Positions 38,172 to 50,410 of a stretch of 64,000 nucleotides of DNA are shown here, piece after piece. Numbering within the stretch: position 1 is the first letter of the stretch; the number at the start of each line of letters is the position of its first letter. The notes under the pieces are model-generated. The model worked only from the letters and a program-made list of their open reading frames with translations, ran no database searches and was not told the origin of the DNA. The DNA is from Podarcis muralis (lineage: Eukaryota), in the NCBI RefSeq assembly GCF_964188315.1, contig NC_135662.1, positions 30,690,001 through 30,754,000 on the forward strand. The letters are read 5' to 3'. The position numbers were made by a program, and so were the translations under genes.

Positions 38172-38662
38172 TGTGGCGATCACACACAGGGCCCCCGGAC
38201 GTTTGACAGTCTATTGACCCTGTGCCGCCACTGCAATTGCTTTTTCCGCTGCCACCACCCCATATCTCACGGGGACACACGGAGTCCAGTCAGTTGTTAA
38301 CATAAACAAATAATCAAGTTTATTTTTAAATGCAGGAACAAGCTTATGGTTTCAGTTAATTTTTCTCCTGTCAGTTTCTTATTCTTAGTTCCTAACAACT
38401 CCAAACTGATTATTCCAACTATCTATCTGACTCCACCTAACAATTCCTCTCACTCTCTCACAATACATCTCTACCAACCCACACCTAAACCTCCCTCTTC
38501 CTTCTTCAACTCCCAAACCTCAACTCTCAACTCCCAAACCTCAACCAACTTTCAAAACCTCCTACTCTAACTTTTATTCCCCCCTTGCATTCTCACTGGC
38601 CAATCACATCACACCCATTTTAACCCTTTCCTTATGACCCATCCTAGGAGGCAAATGCCACA
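38172..38662 (-). mobile_element. Solo LTR, 491 bp
   Basis: Termini TGTGGC...GCCACA (6-bp inverted repeat, TG..CA rule). Perfect 5-bp TSD GTAGG at 38167-38171 and 38663-38667. AATAAA on the minus strand at 38319-38324 and a CCAAT motif near 38600. Confidence 0.8.
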
Positions 38663-39458
38663 GTAGGGTCACACATTTATCTCTATCCCTGAAGCCACAC
38701 ATCTCTTCCTGGACCTTCAAATACCAAGAATGAATTTCTGCAACAGGAAGCCTTAACTATCTCTGGAGATTCTTTTGCAGCCATGGCTTGAATTCTCTTT
38801 GAACACAAGCTGAAGAACACTGCTCCAATTCTACAGATACCCAAGCAGCTGAACTTTGGTCCAGTAGCCAAGAGATCAAATGTCCTCCTCCACTGCCCAG
38901 AGTCTAAAAGTGATGTGCTTATATATGAGGATAATCAAGCATTAAAGGGTATTCAGATGACCTGAAACCCGTGCCAGATATAACTTAGAAATCATACCTC
39001 ACCTTATTATTTCCAGAATAAGCCTTCAAAGAAATGCTAAAGTTGTGCCCCTCATTGCCAATACAAGAGCATTAAACATAAACTCTAACATTTAAACCAG
39101 CAAGATTACACTTACATTATATAATCGCTCGACAAAAGGCCCAATAATCACTTTGTTCAAAAGAGATAATGCCGAGTAATATAAGTGGTAGTTTAAGCAA
39201 TTATCCGGTAGTACAGCTAATCATCACCCTCAGTTCACAGCCTTTTGTTTCTCACGAATACACATGTCAGATTGTAATTAAATACATTCACACTGTTCAG
39301 TGCTGAACAAGTTGCCTGGGATGAACAGTAGGACCAGGCTGCAAAACACAATGAAGGCAAGTTTAGACACAGCTCTATGAATGTGTCAGCTTGGCATGGG
39401 GTCCTAGCTGACAAATTGGTTATGTAAGGCTGAAACTAAACTAGAGGATATGTGTGTG

Positions 39459-39498
<40 letters not shown>

Positions 39499-39933
39499 TC
39501 TGGATATATGCAAAAAAACACAAAAACCTGCAGCTAAAAGGAATCTATTTCTACAGCTTTTGAAATGTTTACAGAACTCTTGTCGCTCTGTGAATTATGT
39601 ACCCAGCACAATAATTCCTTTTCTGGATTTTAAAACTCAGTAGCCTTTGCTCTTATAAGCGAAGAGACCATTACGGAACTTTTCAGTGTCAAGGTTTAAA
39701 TATAAAAAGCAGTTTTGAGCCTTGTTTTCTTTCTTGAATTGTTCTCAAAGAACAATTCAACTTGTAACGGTGCCAGTTCTGCTCTACCCTGAAAACACAC
39801 CCTTCATATATGATCGGATATATGGCGGGCTAATTTGAACAGAATCCTGAAGGAATGGGAACCTTGAGGGGATTTAAAATAAAAAGTGTTTTCTTTTTGT
39901 ACAATTACAGTTAAAGGGAAAAATCATTGAATT

Positions 39934-40177
39934 AAGAAGAGGAAGAGTTTGGATTTGATATCCCGCTTTATCACTACCCAAAGGAGTCTCAAAGTGGCTA
40001 ACATTCTCCTTTCCCTTCCTCCCCCGCAACAAACACTCTGTGAGGTGAGCGGGGCTGAGAGACTTCAGAGAAGTGTGGTTGGCCCAAGGTCACCCAGCAG
40101 CAGCATGTGGAGGAGCGGGGAAGCGAACCTGGTTCACCAGATTACGAGTCCACTGCTCTTAACCACTACACCACACC
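39934..40177 (-). mobile_element. Squam3-like CORE SINE
   Basis: Same sequence family as 27874 and 49462. Confidence 0.8.
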
Positions 40178-41359
40178 AAGGGAGCAAATCATAGGCAGAG
40201 AAGAAGAGCCCACTCAGCCACCCATTTAAAGCAGGGGTGGGAAATCTGTGGTTCCCTATATGTTCACAACTTCCATCATTCCTAAACATTGACCATGGGA
40301 CTGGTGGGAGTTCAGCAATATCTGGTGGGCTTCAGGTTCCCCACACCTCATTTAAATGCATATGCAGCCCAATTCTATCACATACATCACGGGGTGGCCA
40401 ATAGGACACCTGCAGGTGCACATGCAACCTTAGACGCCTTACCTGGCACCCATAGAGTCCCACCCCTCCTCCACTGAAATATTGTCTTAAGAAAGCTTTC
40501 TGTTGTCATCAACAGAAATATTTTTCAAGCCTCATTTGCAGAACAAAGGTATTTTCAGTGGGGGGTTAATTGGGTGACAATTGTAACTGTAACAATCAGG
40601 CTTGAAAACTCTTTGATTAGGTACCTTTAGAAGCCTTCTCTGAAGTCTGAGGGGTGGGAGACCAGTTGCATTGTGTGTGTGCATGTGTGCATGGCTGTGG
40701 CATGAACAGGATGCCTGCAACAGTTTCTCCAGTTTATGAACAAGCCCATGGGCCACCAAAATGTTGGCAATCCCCACTATATATGTTTGCTCAGAAATTA
40801 ATCCTACTTGAGTTCAATGGGACTTGCACCCAAGGAAGAATGCATAGGCTTATAGCCTGAAAGTGTCTGTTCCCCGTGAATTCTAATACTATTTTCTAAG
40901 ACCAGCACTTAAGTGGTGAGGTGGGAGCTAAAGTCACCATTTTACCTGTTACTCTGTTGGCTTCAAACCTTGTTTAGGAACATACACAGAATCATACGCT
41001 AAACTAGACAGTAACTCTCTTTGCAAGCAAGTATTCTCTACTCAGAAGGACCATTGCTTAATAGTAGTTTCTTCAGGGTGTGGCATTTCCTCCCTCCTTT
41101 GTTCTTTGGAGTTCATCAGCTGATGAGCCCATTTTCACAAAAATGTGTTTCAGCAGTACTGTAGTTCAGCACTCTTCAAAATGAAGACCTCCCTGGTTTT
41201 CTTCAAAAGAAAATTGACAGCTACAAGAAACCCATGATGCAGAAAAACTTATGCTACCATTACCATTCTTATGACTGTAAGATGCCAGGAATCTCTGATA
41301 TCCGGATCGAGATCTGTTTTTCTAGTTCTCTAGTTCATTGCAGACAGATTTCCAGAATA

Positions 41360-41601
41360 CAGTGGTAACTCTAGTTATGAACTTAATTCTTTCCGGAGGT
41401 CCGTTCTTAACCTGAAACCATTCTTAACGAGGGGTACCACTTTAGCTAATGGGGCCTCCTGCTGCCGCCACACCACCAGTGCACGATTTCCGTTCTCATC
41501 CTGGGGCAAAGTTCTCAACTCGAGGTACTACTTCCAGGTTAGCAGAGTTTGTATCCCGAAGCGTTTGTATCCTGAAGCGTTTGTAACCTGAGGTACCACT
41601 G
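41360..41601. mobile_element. Tigger/pogo-like MITE, main family
   Basis: TA|CAGTGGTAACTC ... GAGGTACCACTG|TA. Confidence 0.88.
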
Positions 41602-41886
41602 TATGGAGCTGTTGTTCCCAGAACTCTTAGCAGATAGTCAGAGAATTGTGCTACATTTTGAGGGTCAAGTGTCACAAACATTGTGATGTCACCAAATTTC
41701 ATATTGACCTAAATTATAACATTAGTTTGATGCATTTGCAAAGTGAGCTACATTAAAAAAAAAGTCAGAGGATAAGAATCCTGTTAAATTTATTGCTTGT
41801 GGCAGCAAGAACGGATGTGGATCACTTTTGGAAACATCTTGAGGAAGCCAGGGTAGAAACTTGGTACAAGAAGGCTTAGTTCCTAG

Positions 41887-42200
41887 TAGGGATGGAGGAG
41901 AAATTCTACTCTGTTCACATTTAAATACGAACCTACAAAATCCACACTTTCTGAAACAATGTGAAAACTGAAACACATTTGTCCTTCAGTATTCGCATTT
42001 CTCTGAACTTTGCAACATAGTTCTCTCGTCAAGGAATGTGTACAACAATGCATATTTTAGGACAAGGTGTGCATGTAAATGCATATATTAGTGAATGTAA
42101 CTGCAAAAATGCATTATATTGGGTTAAACGGCTTAAAAATTGTCTAGTTGTCAAATCTGCATTAAAATGTGCTTATTTGGAGAATTCAGCACTCAAATGC
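41887..42200 (+). mobile_element. TAGGGATG-type interspersed repeat (see 7852)
   Basis: Shared 5' end and AT-rich TGCA-containing interior. Confidence 0.55.
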
Positions 42201-44836
42201 TGCTGAATTTTCAAGGGTGGGAGATGAGAAGGGATGGAGGAGAAAGAGGTGTGGAAGAACACAGAGACAGACGCCCTTTCTCAATTCCTCAACAACAGTC
42301 CATTAAGAAAGCACATTGGCTCAGTGATAGAGCACCTGCTTTTCTTGCAAAACATCACTGGTTTAGTTCCTGGCATTTCCAGGGATGGGAATATTCCCTC
42401 CCTGAGACCCTGGGGAGCCACTGCTGGATAAACCAATGGTCTGTATTGGGGAGTTCACAGAAGGAGGGATTTGTGCCTACTGTTACACTCCTGATGATGT
42501 CAGCAGGCGAACCCCAGGAAAGAAACCCTGCTTTGCATTGGACTCTGAATTAGCCAACCTTCTTCTTTTTTTTAGTTTGGAGGGAAAGGAACAGCTTGAC
42601 TTGCAAGCTCAGTTCTGAATTGAGCCCCAGACAAGGTTGGTCAACCATCACTATGCAAAAGGCACTGACATTATAAAGCCTTTGACTGCTCCTCCGCTTG
42701 AGCAACTAGTCTTTTGACTAGGTCTCATCAGACTGCTTCTCTACCTCTAGCTTATGGTCTCTGCAGCTTTGTCACTGGCCAACACAGAGATTTGTCAAGC
42801 TCATCTGTCTGTCTTGTGTCCCTTCATCCATAACTTCTGTAATATTCTCCTGAGTGCAGGTGTCATTGCTAACAGACTGATCCATGAATCAGGAAGTTGT
42901 TCATTTCGATCTCACCTCTGCTAGGTGGCTTAAGGCAAGCCATTCTATCAGCCCTTTGTAATATGATATTGACCTACCCTAGAAGGTTGTTGTACAAATT
43001 ACAAGAAAGTAATGCTAATTATTATTATTAGCTTCACATATGTCTTATTGAATATTCCTTTTTATGTACATGGTGTCTTTGGACACACACACAACTTCCC
43101 CATTAGTATTCATGGGAATTGTGTATTTGCAGCAATGCATACCTCACAGATATAAACTACCAATTTCTAGCATTTAAAAAAGAACAAAAAAACGCTTAAA
43201 GGAAAAGTGCTTATTTCCCCAAGCAAACATTGTGCTGTTGCTTCTCTGTCCTTATTAGTAAAGGTAACACTTGCACAAATTGTGTTGTTGCCTCCTCTTA
43301 GCACAGCTGTGTATAGTGAGTCCCCAAATACTGTACCATGCTAATAATGTGTAGCCCTAGGTGATCACGGTCATGTGAACATTTCTTAAATGTTGATTAA
43401 ATTAGCTGGAGGAAGATATTTTTAGATTAAGATCTTGTATTCATTATGACAAAGTTTATTAAGACACTGGGAGCTCACTAAGCAAAGATAAAAATAATAA
43501 TCATTACCTCAGTACAGGAAATTTAATTTGAAATAAACAAGCCCTTAAACATTAAATCAACATTGTTGTTTTCTTTCTTTCTGTACATTTCTCAATAGTT
43601 GATGTAATCATCTCTATTTTTTTTATAAAAAGACCAGCAAGAAAAAGTGTAGAAATCAAGTTGTACTGCAATGTACGATGAGTGGGTGCATTTATAGAGA
43701 TATGAATAATCAAGTGTAGGAATCTCACATTCAACCCTCCAAAGTGGCAGCTTGGAAGACAACAGTAACACAGAAAGGCCCATCATTGTTTCCTCACTGC
43801 TTTTGAAGTCACTCTCCTTGCTAATTTCCATCGCTCTGACATTAGTAATTGTTTCACTCATTTGTTCTAATTGCTCTGAACTCAACAGGATCATTCATCA
43901 ACATGAAGAGAGAGCAAAAACATGCTCTATTGTAGCATTTTTACATGTCAGACCTATACTGCTTAATCTTGAACAGCATGCATAGCATCCCAAGGTTCAT
44001 GGGAAACATCAGTAAAGCTCCTTTTAAAAGAAAAGGAGAAAGAAAGAAAGGAAAAACCACCCAAGGCTTTTAGCATGAGAATATACACAATTAAATACAC
44101 ATGAAAAACGGTAGACAGAGCAGGCAGTTAAACTGACCTTCGATATGAGAGATAAAATTAATCTGCTGCCATGGAGATTCTCAAATACAGCCTTTAAACA
44201 TGTAACTTTAATTCATGCATTTACAGCAAGTTGTCTACAACTTTCCATGATGTACATCCAGATAATAAATTAAACTCTAATTTCTACTGGCTCTTATGAA
44301 GCTAGCTTGGTATTTCATTGACATGGGTTCCCTCTCTGTGTGTTTCTCTGTGTTTCTCTCCATATCAGTGACATTAGTGCTGAGCTCTGCCTGCCTACAG
44401 AAACAGGTTTCTGCATATAGAGCTAACATATTCGTTGAACAAAGGACAGGAGAACAGGGAGCAAAAGAATATAACTACCAGGGGTGTGTAACACATACCC
44501 ATGTGCCTTTGCCAATGCAGAGCCCAATATGGGAGTGTGCGCTCTAAGCACTCGGCAGGCACAGCAGCAGGCACACAGCCTAATCCCATCCTTCTTGAGA
44601 ATGGGACTTAGGGACAAAACCCTCAGTGGACTCTGATGAAAGCATAGATCTGTACACAATCAGGACCTCAAACATTTTCTTCATCGTCAAGGCAAGTTCA
44701 CTGTGATTATTTGCCAACACAGAAAAGCAGATGGCAGCTGTTCTCATGTGCAGCTAAGTGCAGCCTTTGATGATCCCTTATGCTCCTCACACTGGTACTT
44801 TACACAACTATATTTTAAAGCTGTGATTCCTGCATT

Positions 44837-44905
44837 TTAGGGAGTTGGACTAGAGATCCCTTGGGATCCCTTCCAACGCTTCAATTTTGCGATTCTATGA
44901 TTCTG
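44837..44905 (+). mobile_element. CR1 LINE extreme 3' end
   Basis: GGACTAGA...CCCTTCCAAC...GATTCTATGATTCT, the characteristic CR1 terminal octamer repeat. Confidence 0.75.
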
Positions 44906-44908
44906 TAT

Positions 44909-45261
44909 GAGACGCGGGTGCCGCTGTGGTCTAAACCACAGAGCCTTGGGCTTGCCGATCAGAAGGTTGGCGGTTTGAATCCCTGTGACGGGGTGAGCTC
45001 CCATTGCTTGGTCCGAGCTCCTGCCAACCTAGCAGTTCGAAAGCATGTCAAAGTGCAAGTAGATAAATAGGTACCACTCCGGCGGGAAGGTAAACGGCAT
45101 TTCCATGTGCTGCTCTGGTTCGCCAGAAGTGGCTTAGTCAAGCTGGCCACATGACCTGGAAGCTGTACGCTGGCTCCCTCGGCCAATAAAGCGAGATGCG
45201 TGCCGCAACCCCAGAGTCGGCCACAACTGGACCTAATGGTCAGGGGTCCCTTTACCTTTAC
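44909..45261 (+). mobile_element. Sauria SINE, full length
   Basis: GAGACGCGGGTG head, GGTTTGAATCCC B box-like motif, CAGGGGTCCCTTTACCTTTAC tail. Confidence 0.92.
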
Positions 45262-45981
45262 GTTTATAATTCTGTATAATACAATATGAACACACAATAG
45301 AGTTTGCTGTTGCACCTAGAATGAGCAGTTCCAAGCAAAGGTGAGCTCAAGCAACCAACTTAATCTACCAGCTATAGCTTCTCTCCTCAAAAGGGATTAC
45401 ACAGAACATCTGCCAATGCTGCTCTGAAATAAAAGGAAGAAGATGCAGATTGTGCGCTAGACAGCACCCACAGATCTTTCACTCATTTGGTTCTTTCCTT
45501 AAAGCAGCGACAATTGTCTAAGCGCTGCACTTGCATCGGAAGACGGTACCTTCCCTACACTTGGGTTCACAATGTAATAAACAGGAGGGGGGAGGCACAA
45601 GGAGAGAAGAAGTAAGCAAGCGCTGGGGCTTCTGCTCCTTCACTGACTGATAGTTGATGCCAGGTCGGTTTCATTGTGTGCCATGATATTCCTGGCATAA
45701 AACCCCAAAGATAAAATAACGAAGATCATTTTCCCTCGCCTAGTATCTCTTCTTCTCTGTGTGCCAGACACACATAAAGCACAAGAAGAAAAATACATTG
45801 TCTCAACCTGTTCTCCCCCCCCCCCCCCCGATATACTCAGGCATGTGTGTATACTTCCAAGTCACAGGGTTTTTTCATATTTCCCTCTATTAAAAAACAG
45901 GTATTCAAATGCTTCAGGACCGCCACATGCCTTTATGATCTAAAAAAGTATTATTTTAGTGCCAATACTATTATAATGATA

Positions 45982-46024
<43 letters not shown>

Positions 46025-46262
46025 TTCACTACGTTTCAAGTAGAGATCTTCAGGAGTAAGGTAATTTAGATTTACTGTGGTCCTTTTAGTAGCAATTAAT
46101 TTTGGATCTTTAGTCTAAGAGGCATTTTATAATTAATTTCTCAGCATTTACCACATACAGGCCATCACTTTAAAGTGCTATGTCATTAACAAAACCCCAT
46201 CCCACCCACCCCCATAAAGAATAGGCATACTGATCTACATTTTTCCATGCTGCCTTAGCCAG

Positions 46263-46554
46263 NNNNNNNNNNNNNNNNNNNNNNNNNNNNNNNNNNNNNN
46301 NNNNNNNNNNNNNNNNNNNNNNNNNNNNNNNNNNNNNNNNNNNNNNNNNNNNNNNNNNNNNNNNNNNNNNNNNNNNNNNNNNNNNNNNNNNNNNNNNNNN
46401 NNNNNNNNNNNNNNNNNNNNNNNNNNNNNNNNNNNNNNNNNNNNNNNNNNNNNNNNNNNNNNNNNNNNNNNNNNNNNNNNNNNNNNNNNNNNNNNNNNNN
46501 NNNNNNNNNNNNNNNNNNNNNNNNNNNNNNNNNNNNNNNNNNNNNNNNNNNNNN
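46263..46554. other. Assembly gap (292 N)
   Basis: Run of N. Confidence 1.
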
Positions 46555-48560
46555 AAAATGACAGAGTATGTAGGGGAAAAGGTCACCCTCTCTGCCAGAA
46601 TTAACTCTTCGAGACAACAAACTTGGAGTTTGGTGCATTTGTTTGCAGTGATCGGGAGGCAGTGTTTCGTAGCTGTAGTAACGATGAGGAAAGAGTTAAC
46701 TCACCTACAGCGTGTTCATGCGATGGAAATGTGGCTCAGAATTATTTGTCTGTCAGGAGGGGGGAAACATGAGAGGGGGAAAATACAAAATAAGCAAAGA
46801 GATATATTTTATTTCAACTGACGTCAGTGGGAATATGCCAGTTTTGTGGTTACACAGGGTTCTTCGTTGTGACGAATACAAAAGTCAGTGATGGCATTTA
46901 ATTGGTTTTTTGTGTGGAATAGGAATCCCTGTTTAAAATGGCAAAGGATAGCTGATGGAAATACTGAGAGAATGTAGTGCTGTAGCATAGAATATATTAT
47001 ATGTGGCATGGTCCGTTGAGTCCCTTGAAATCTTGTATATTCCTTCTCACAGATACTGGCCCAGTAGGCAGAATCCATCAGGTTTTTCTTTGTATGCACT
47101 GTTGAAATGATTTAGAGCAACAAAAGGTCATTACGTTCACTGAAAAGCTAACAATATGTGAACACAACACAACACTGCCATCACATTCTTTCTTTCTTTT
47201 TTTTTTTAAAGGCCATGGTAGCTAATGAGTATTATTCAGAAATTACTAACACTTAAAAAAACACAATTAAATGCTGCATTTGGGTAAATTACTTCAGCAT
47301 AACCCTTGAATACAGCAACACAATGATAAATGTATAGCTAAAATAAGAGGAAATGATTCCTTGTGTTCAGTCAAAGGGGGAGGAGAAGAAAATAATAATA
47401 CTAGTTCCCTCCCCTATATGTGTTTTTATATAACACATAATAAACCAAAGTTGTTGTCGTTGTTGTTGTTGTTAAAAAAACCTGCACATTCATGCAGAAA
47501 AAGCTCAGTAATCTCTTCGTATCATTTATTGTAGTCAGCAGTCTTAATTGCCTCCCTGAAATGGATCAGAGTTCTGGGAATTATGTGCTAAAATGATGTT
47601 ACCACTCTCCAGTCTTCACATTCCTTGATATAATCTCATTAAAAATATCAAGCCTCTAGGTGAGGGAATACATATGGATGCTAAATGCATTTTAAACAGA
47701 AGCACCTAAACTGATGACCTAGTTATTACAGAACAAAGCATCAGAAGATGAATTTTAATGCTGGAATAAAGAAGATTTCTTTCCCGGGTAAAACTATAAT
47801 TATTAACGTGGTTTTGGACTGAATTTCCTTGTTACCACTGCAGGCGGGGTGGGGGGTGGGGAGATAATTTTTAACCAACCAAACTAGTGATTTCTCATTT
47901 TTATAGTAAGAGAGGCCCTTGTATATAAGTGTGTGTGTGTGCACGCGCTTTTCTACTCTTATATTTTTATTTTCCAGAAGACCACACAAGTTTATAAAAA
48001 GCCCCCTTTCATTAGCTATAATTACTGAGGGGGAAATGTTAGCCAAGTTCTTTTCTTTTCTCCCCCCACACCCGCCCCCTTGTTGCAGAAATGCTAGCTG
48101 TGTTAAAAATATAATTCTCCGGAGAACATATACTCATCACCCAGCCAAATAAGCGGGAGAAAGTCATGCTGAGTCCAACATATGAAATAATTAGATTTTT
48201 ATAGAATTGGATTTCCTGTTATAAATTGCAAAGGATACTTCTGCAAAAGCTAAAGGGAGTATATAGCATGGGATATATCATGTGCTGTATGATCTGATGT
48301 GTCGCCATAATAAACCATTCTACGTCTGGAGCTGAATAATGGGGCAGAATGCTGCTTTGGCCTAGAAGGCAGCAATCATTTAAAATTAAAGTGCTTCTTT
48401 GTTTAATTATCAGTGATATCAAACAAAATGTAAGAGCATGCCATAGATCATATTGGCTACACGTGCTAATGCCATTTTACCTGCTTTTGAAAGAAAAGAA
48501 TTTCATTTCTTTTAAGAGCTGACCACTGAAGTTTATGAAAAGAAAATAGTGTCCCAGTGG
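46555..48560. promoter_or_regulatory. Long transposon-free candidate CNE cluster
   Basis: About 2 kb without recognisable repeats. Perfect CRE CTGACGTCAG at 46818-46827, many TAAT cores and retained CpGs. Confidence 0.4.
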
Positions 48561-48889
48561 TTCAGAAAGATCAAGCATTTATTTATGTAGCAGTCAGCCA
48601 GCATTTAGTAAGGGATTATGATGTATGCTTGCTTGGAATGAGACCCACTGAATTTGGAGGGGCTTGCTTCTGTAATAAAGTGCCTACGACCAGACTGTCA
48701 GATTTTAAAAACGGAGTTTTTTAAAATTATTTTTTGGGATGTAAACAAGGGGATTCAATTTTAGCAAGTGGTTGATTTGTTTAATTGAAATTAAAAGTAC
48801 AATGGGCTTATTGTTGCTGCTGATTGAGGAAGAAAAGGAATAGTAATCTGTCTTCTGGAATGGTGAGGCAGACCAGTTGTATTACACCT

Positions 48890-49210
48890 TTAGGGAGGCC
48901 AGCGGCTGAGCATATGCCCGCACTGCCCAGGGTGGGCATGCTCCCGAGGGGGGGGGGTGAATGGAGGGTGCCCGGTGTGGTGTGCGTGCCCTGAAGCTGG
49001 GGGCGGAGCGAGCCGCCCATGGCGGACATTCAACACGCCACCCGCCTGCAACTCCCAAGCCTCACCCAAGCTGTCAAAACAAAGGGGGAAGGGGGGGAGA
49101 ATGCCACCGGCAAAGCAGGAGTCATGGGCGTGTGGCGTGCTGAATGCCACACTCCTCAGTGAGGGCACCAGGGGCGGTCCACCCCACTGCCCCCCTTCCT
49201 ACGTCCCTGA
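48890..49210. mobile_element. GC-rich hAT-like MITE remnant
   Basis: Right end CCCCTTCCTACGTCCCTG is the reverse of a CAGGGACGTAGGAAGGGG terminus. The left terminus is unclear. Confidence 0.4.
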
Positions 49211-49461
49211 GGAAAGCCACTACCTGCCACAAGTTCCACCTGCGATGACCATTTAAAAGGTAGGGTAACCTACCAGGTCAGACTTACGTTGTCATCTTTT
49301 CAGAACCAGGTGAAGGACTACTTCCCAGGCTTTCAGTCTTAAAAATGCTTTGCTTCCCTGGTGTTATATTCCCTCTTCCTGGTTTTACTTGGGCTTTGTT
49401 CTGCTGCTTTTTTTTCTGTATTGGGTTTTATGTTTATGCATTATTTGTATACTCTATAAGT

Positions 49462-49713
49462 AGAAGAAGAAGAAGAAGAGGAGTTTGGATTTGATATCCC
49501 ACTTTATCACTACCCGAAGGAGTCTCAAAGCGGCTAACATTCTCCTTTCCCTTCCTCCCCCACCAACAAACACTCTGTGAGGTGAGTGGGGCTGAGAGAC
49601 TTCAGAGAAGTGTGACTGGCCCAAGGTTACCCAGCAGCTGCATGTGGAGGAGCGGAGACACGAACCCGGTTCCCCAGATTATGAGACTACCGCTCTTAAC
49701 CACTACACCACAC
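49462..49713 (-). mobile_element. Squam3-like CORE SINE
   Basis: Same family as 27874 and 39934, with a (GAA)n tail on the + strand. Confidence 0.8.
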
Positions 49714-50271
49714 CGAGTAGTGTCCAGTAATGTAGTTCGGCTGTGCAATAGAACTTCCTCTCCCTTTCCTCTCCCTGCATGCCCTCCAATCTTTTCTGGG
49801 AGTTCCCTTAACCTTCCGGAGCAGATTTGGGGCGGGTGCTGGGGTGCAAGGGGAGAGGACAATGGGGAAAAGCTCCATTGCACAAGCAGAAATCATTGTG
49901 CTGGCAGGACTGCCTTATTGGAGAGCACCCTATGGTATTAACTTTTACCGTAAACTGCACAGAGCAATGTAATTGTGTGGCATATAGATATTGTAAATAG
50001 TAGTCATAATTACCAAGAATCTGATATCATGGAGGCCACTCGGAATGATTTTGTGTGGCAACATCACACTTGAAAGCCACTTAGAGCATCAATCTCTTAT
50101 GAAGTCTCTATACACATTCTGAAGGAGAGGACACATGATGTACCCCTAGCAATGAACAGACCACACACTATTAAGTATGTTTAAAATGTGTTACTTAATA
50201 AGTCCAAAGGTCTGATTCATGTTGTTCCACGCAGCAGCAAGGAGAACAAAGGAAAATTACTATTGGTTGCA

Positions 50272-50316
<45 letters not shown>

Positions 50317-50410
50317 AGTTTGTATATAGCCCTTCATCCATAGATCTCAGGGCAGTACACAATGTAAAAATACAAAATAGAATACACAAAATAATAACAA
50401 AAAACAAATC
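50272..50410 (-). mobile_element. (TTA)n tract plus L2-type 3' end remnant
   Basis: (ATT)15 then ATATAGCCCTTCATCCATAGATCTCAGGGCAGTACACA. Similar tails at about 8215-8290, 10330-10420 and 35350-35510. Confidence 0.55.

Noticed and set aside
38340-38650. G-poor strand suggesting a NUMT
   Set aside because: No mitochondrial ORF, tRNA or rRNA similarity. It is explained by the solo LTR with TSD.
46170-46638. ORFs spanning poly-X
   Set aside because: Artefacts of translating the N gap.
46601-46699. TTAACTCTT ... AAGAGTTAA inverted repeat as a piggyBac-type MITE
   Set aside because: Only 9 bp match. Such matches are expected by chance several times in 64 kb of AT-rich DNA.
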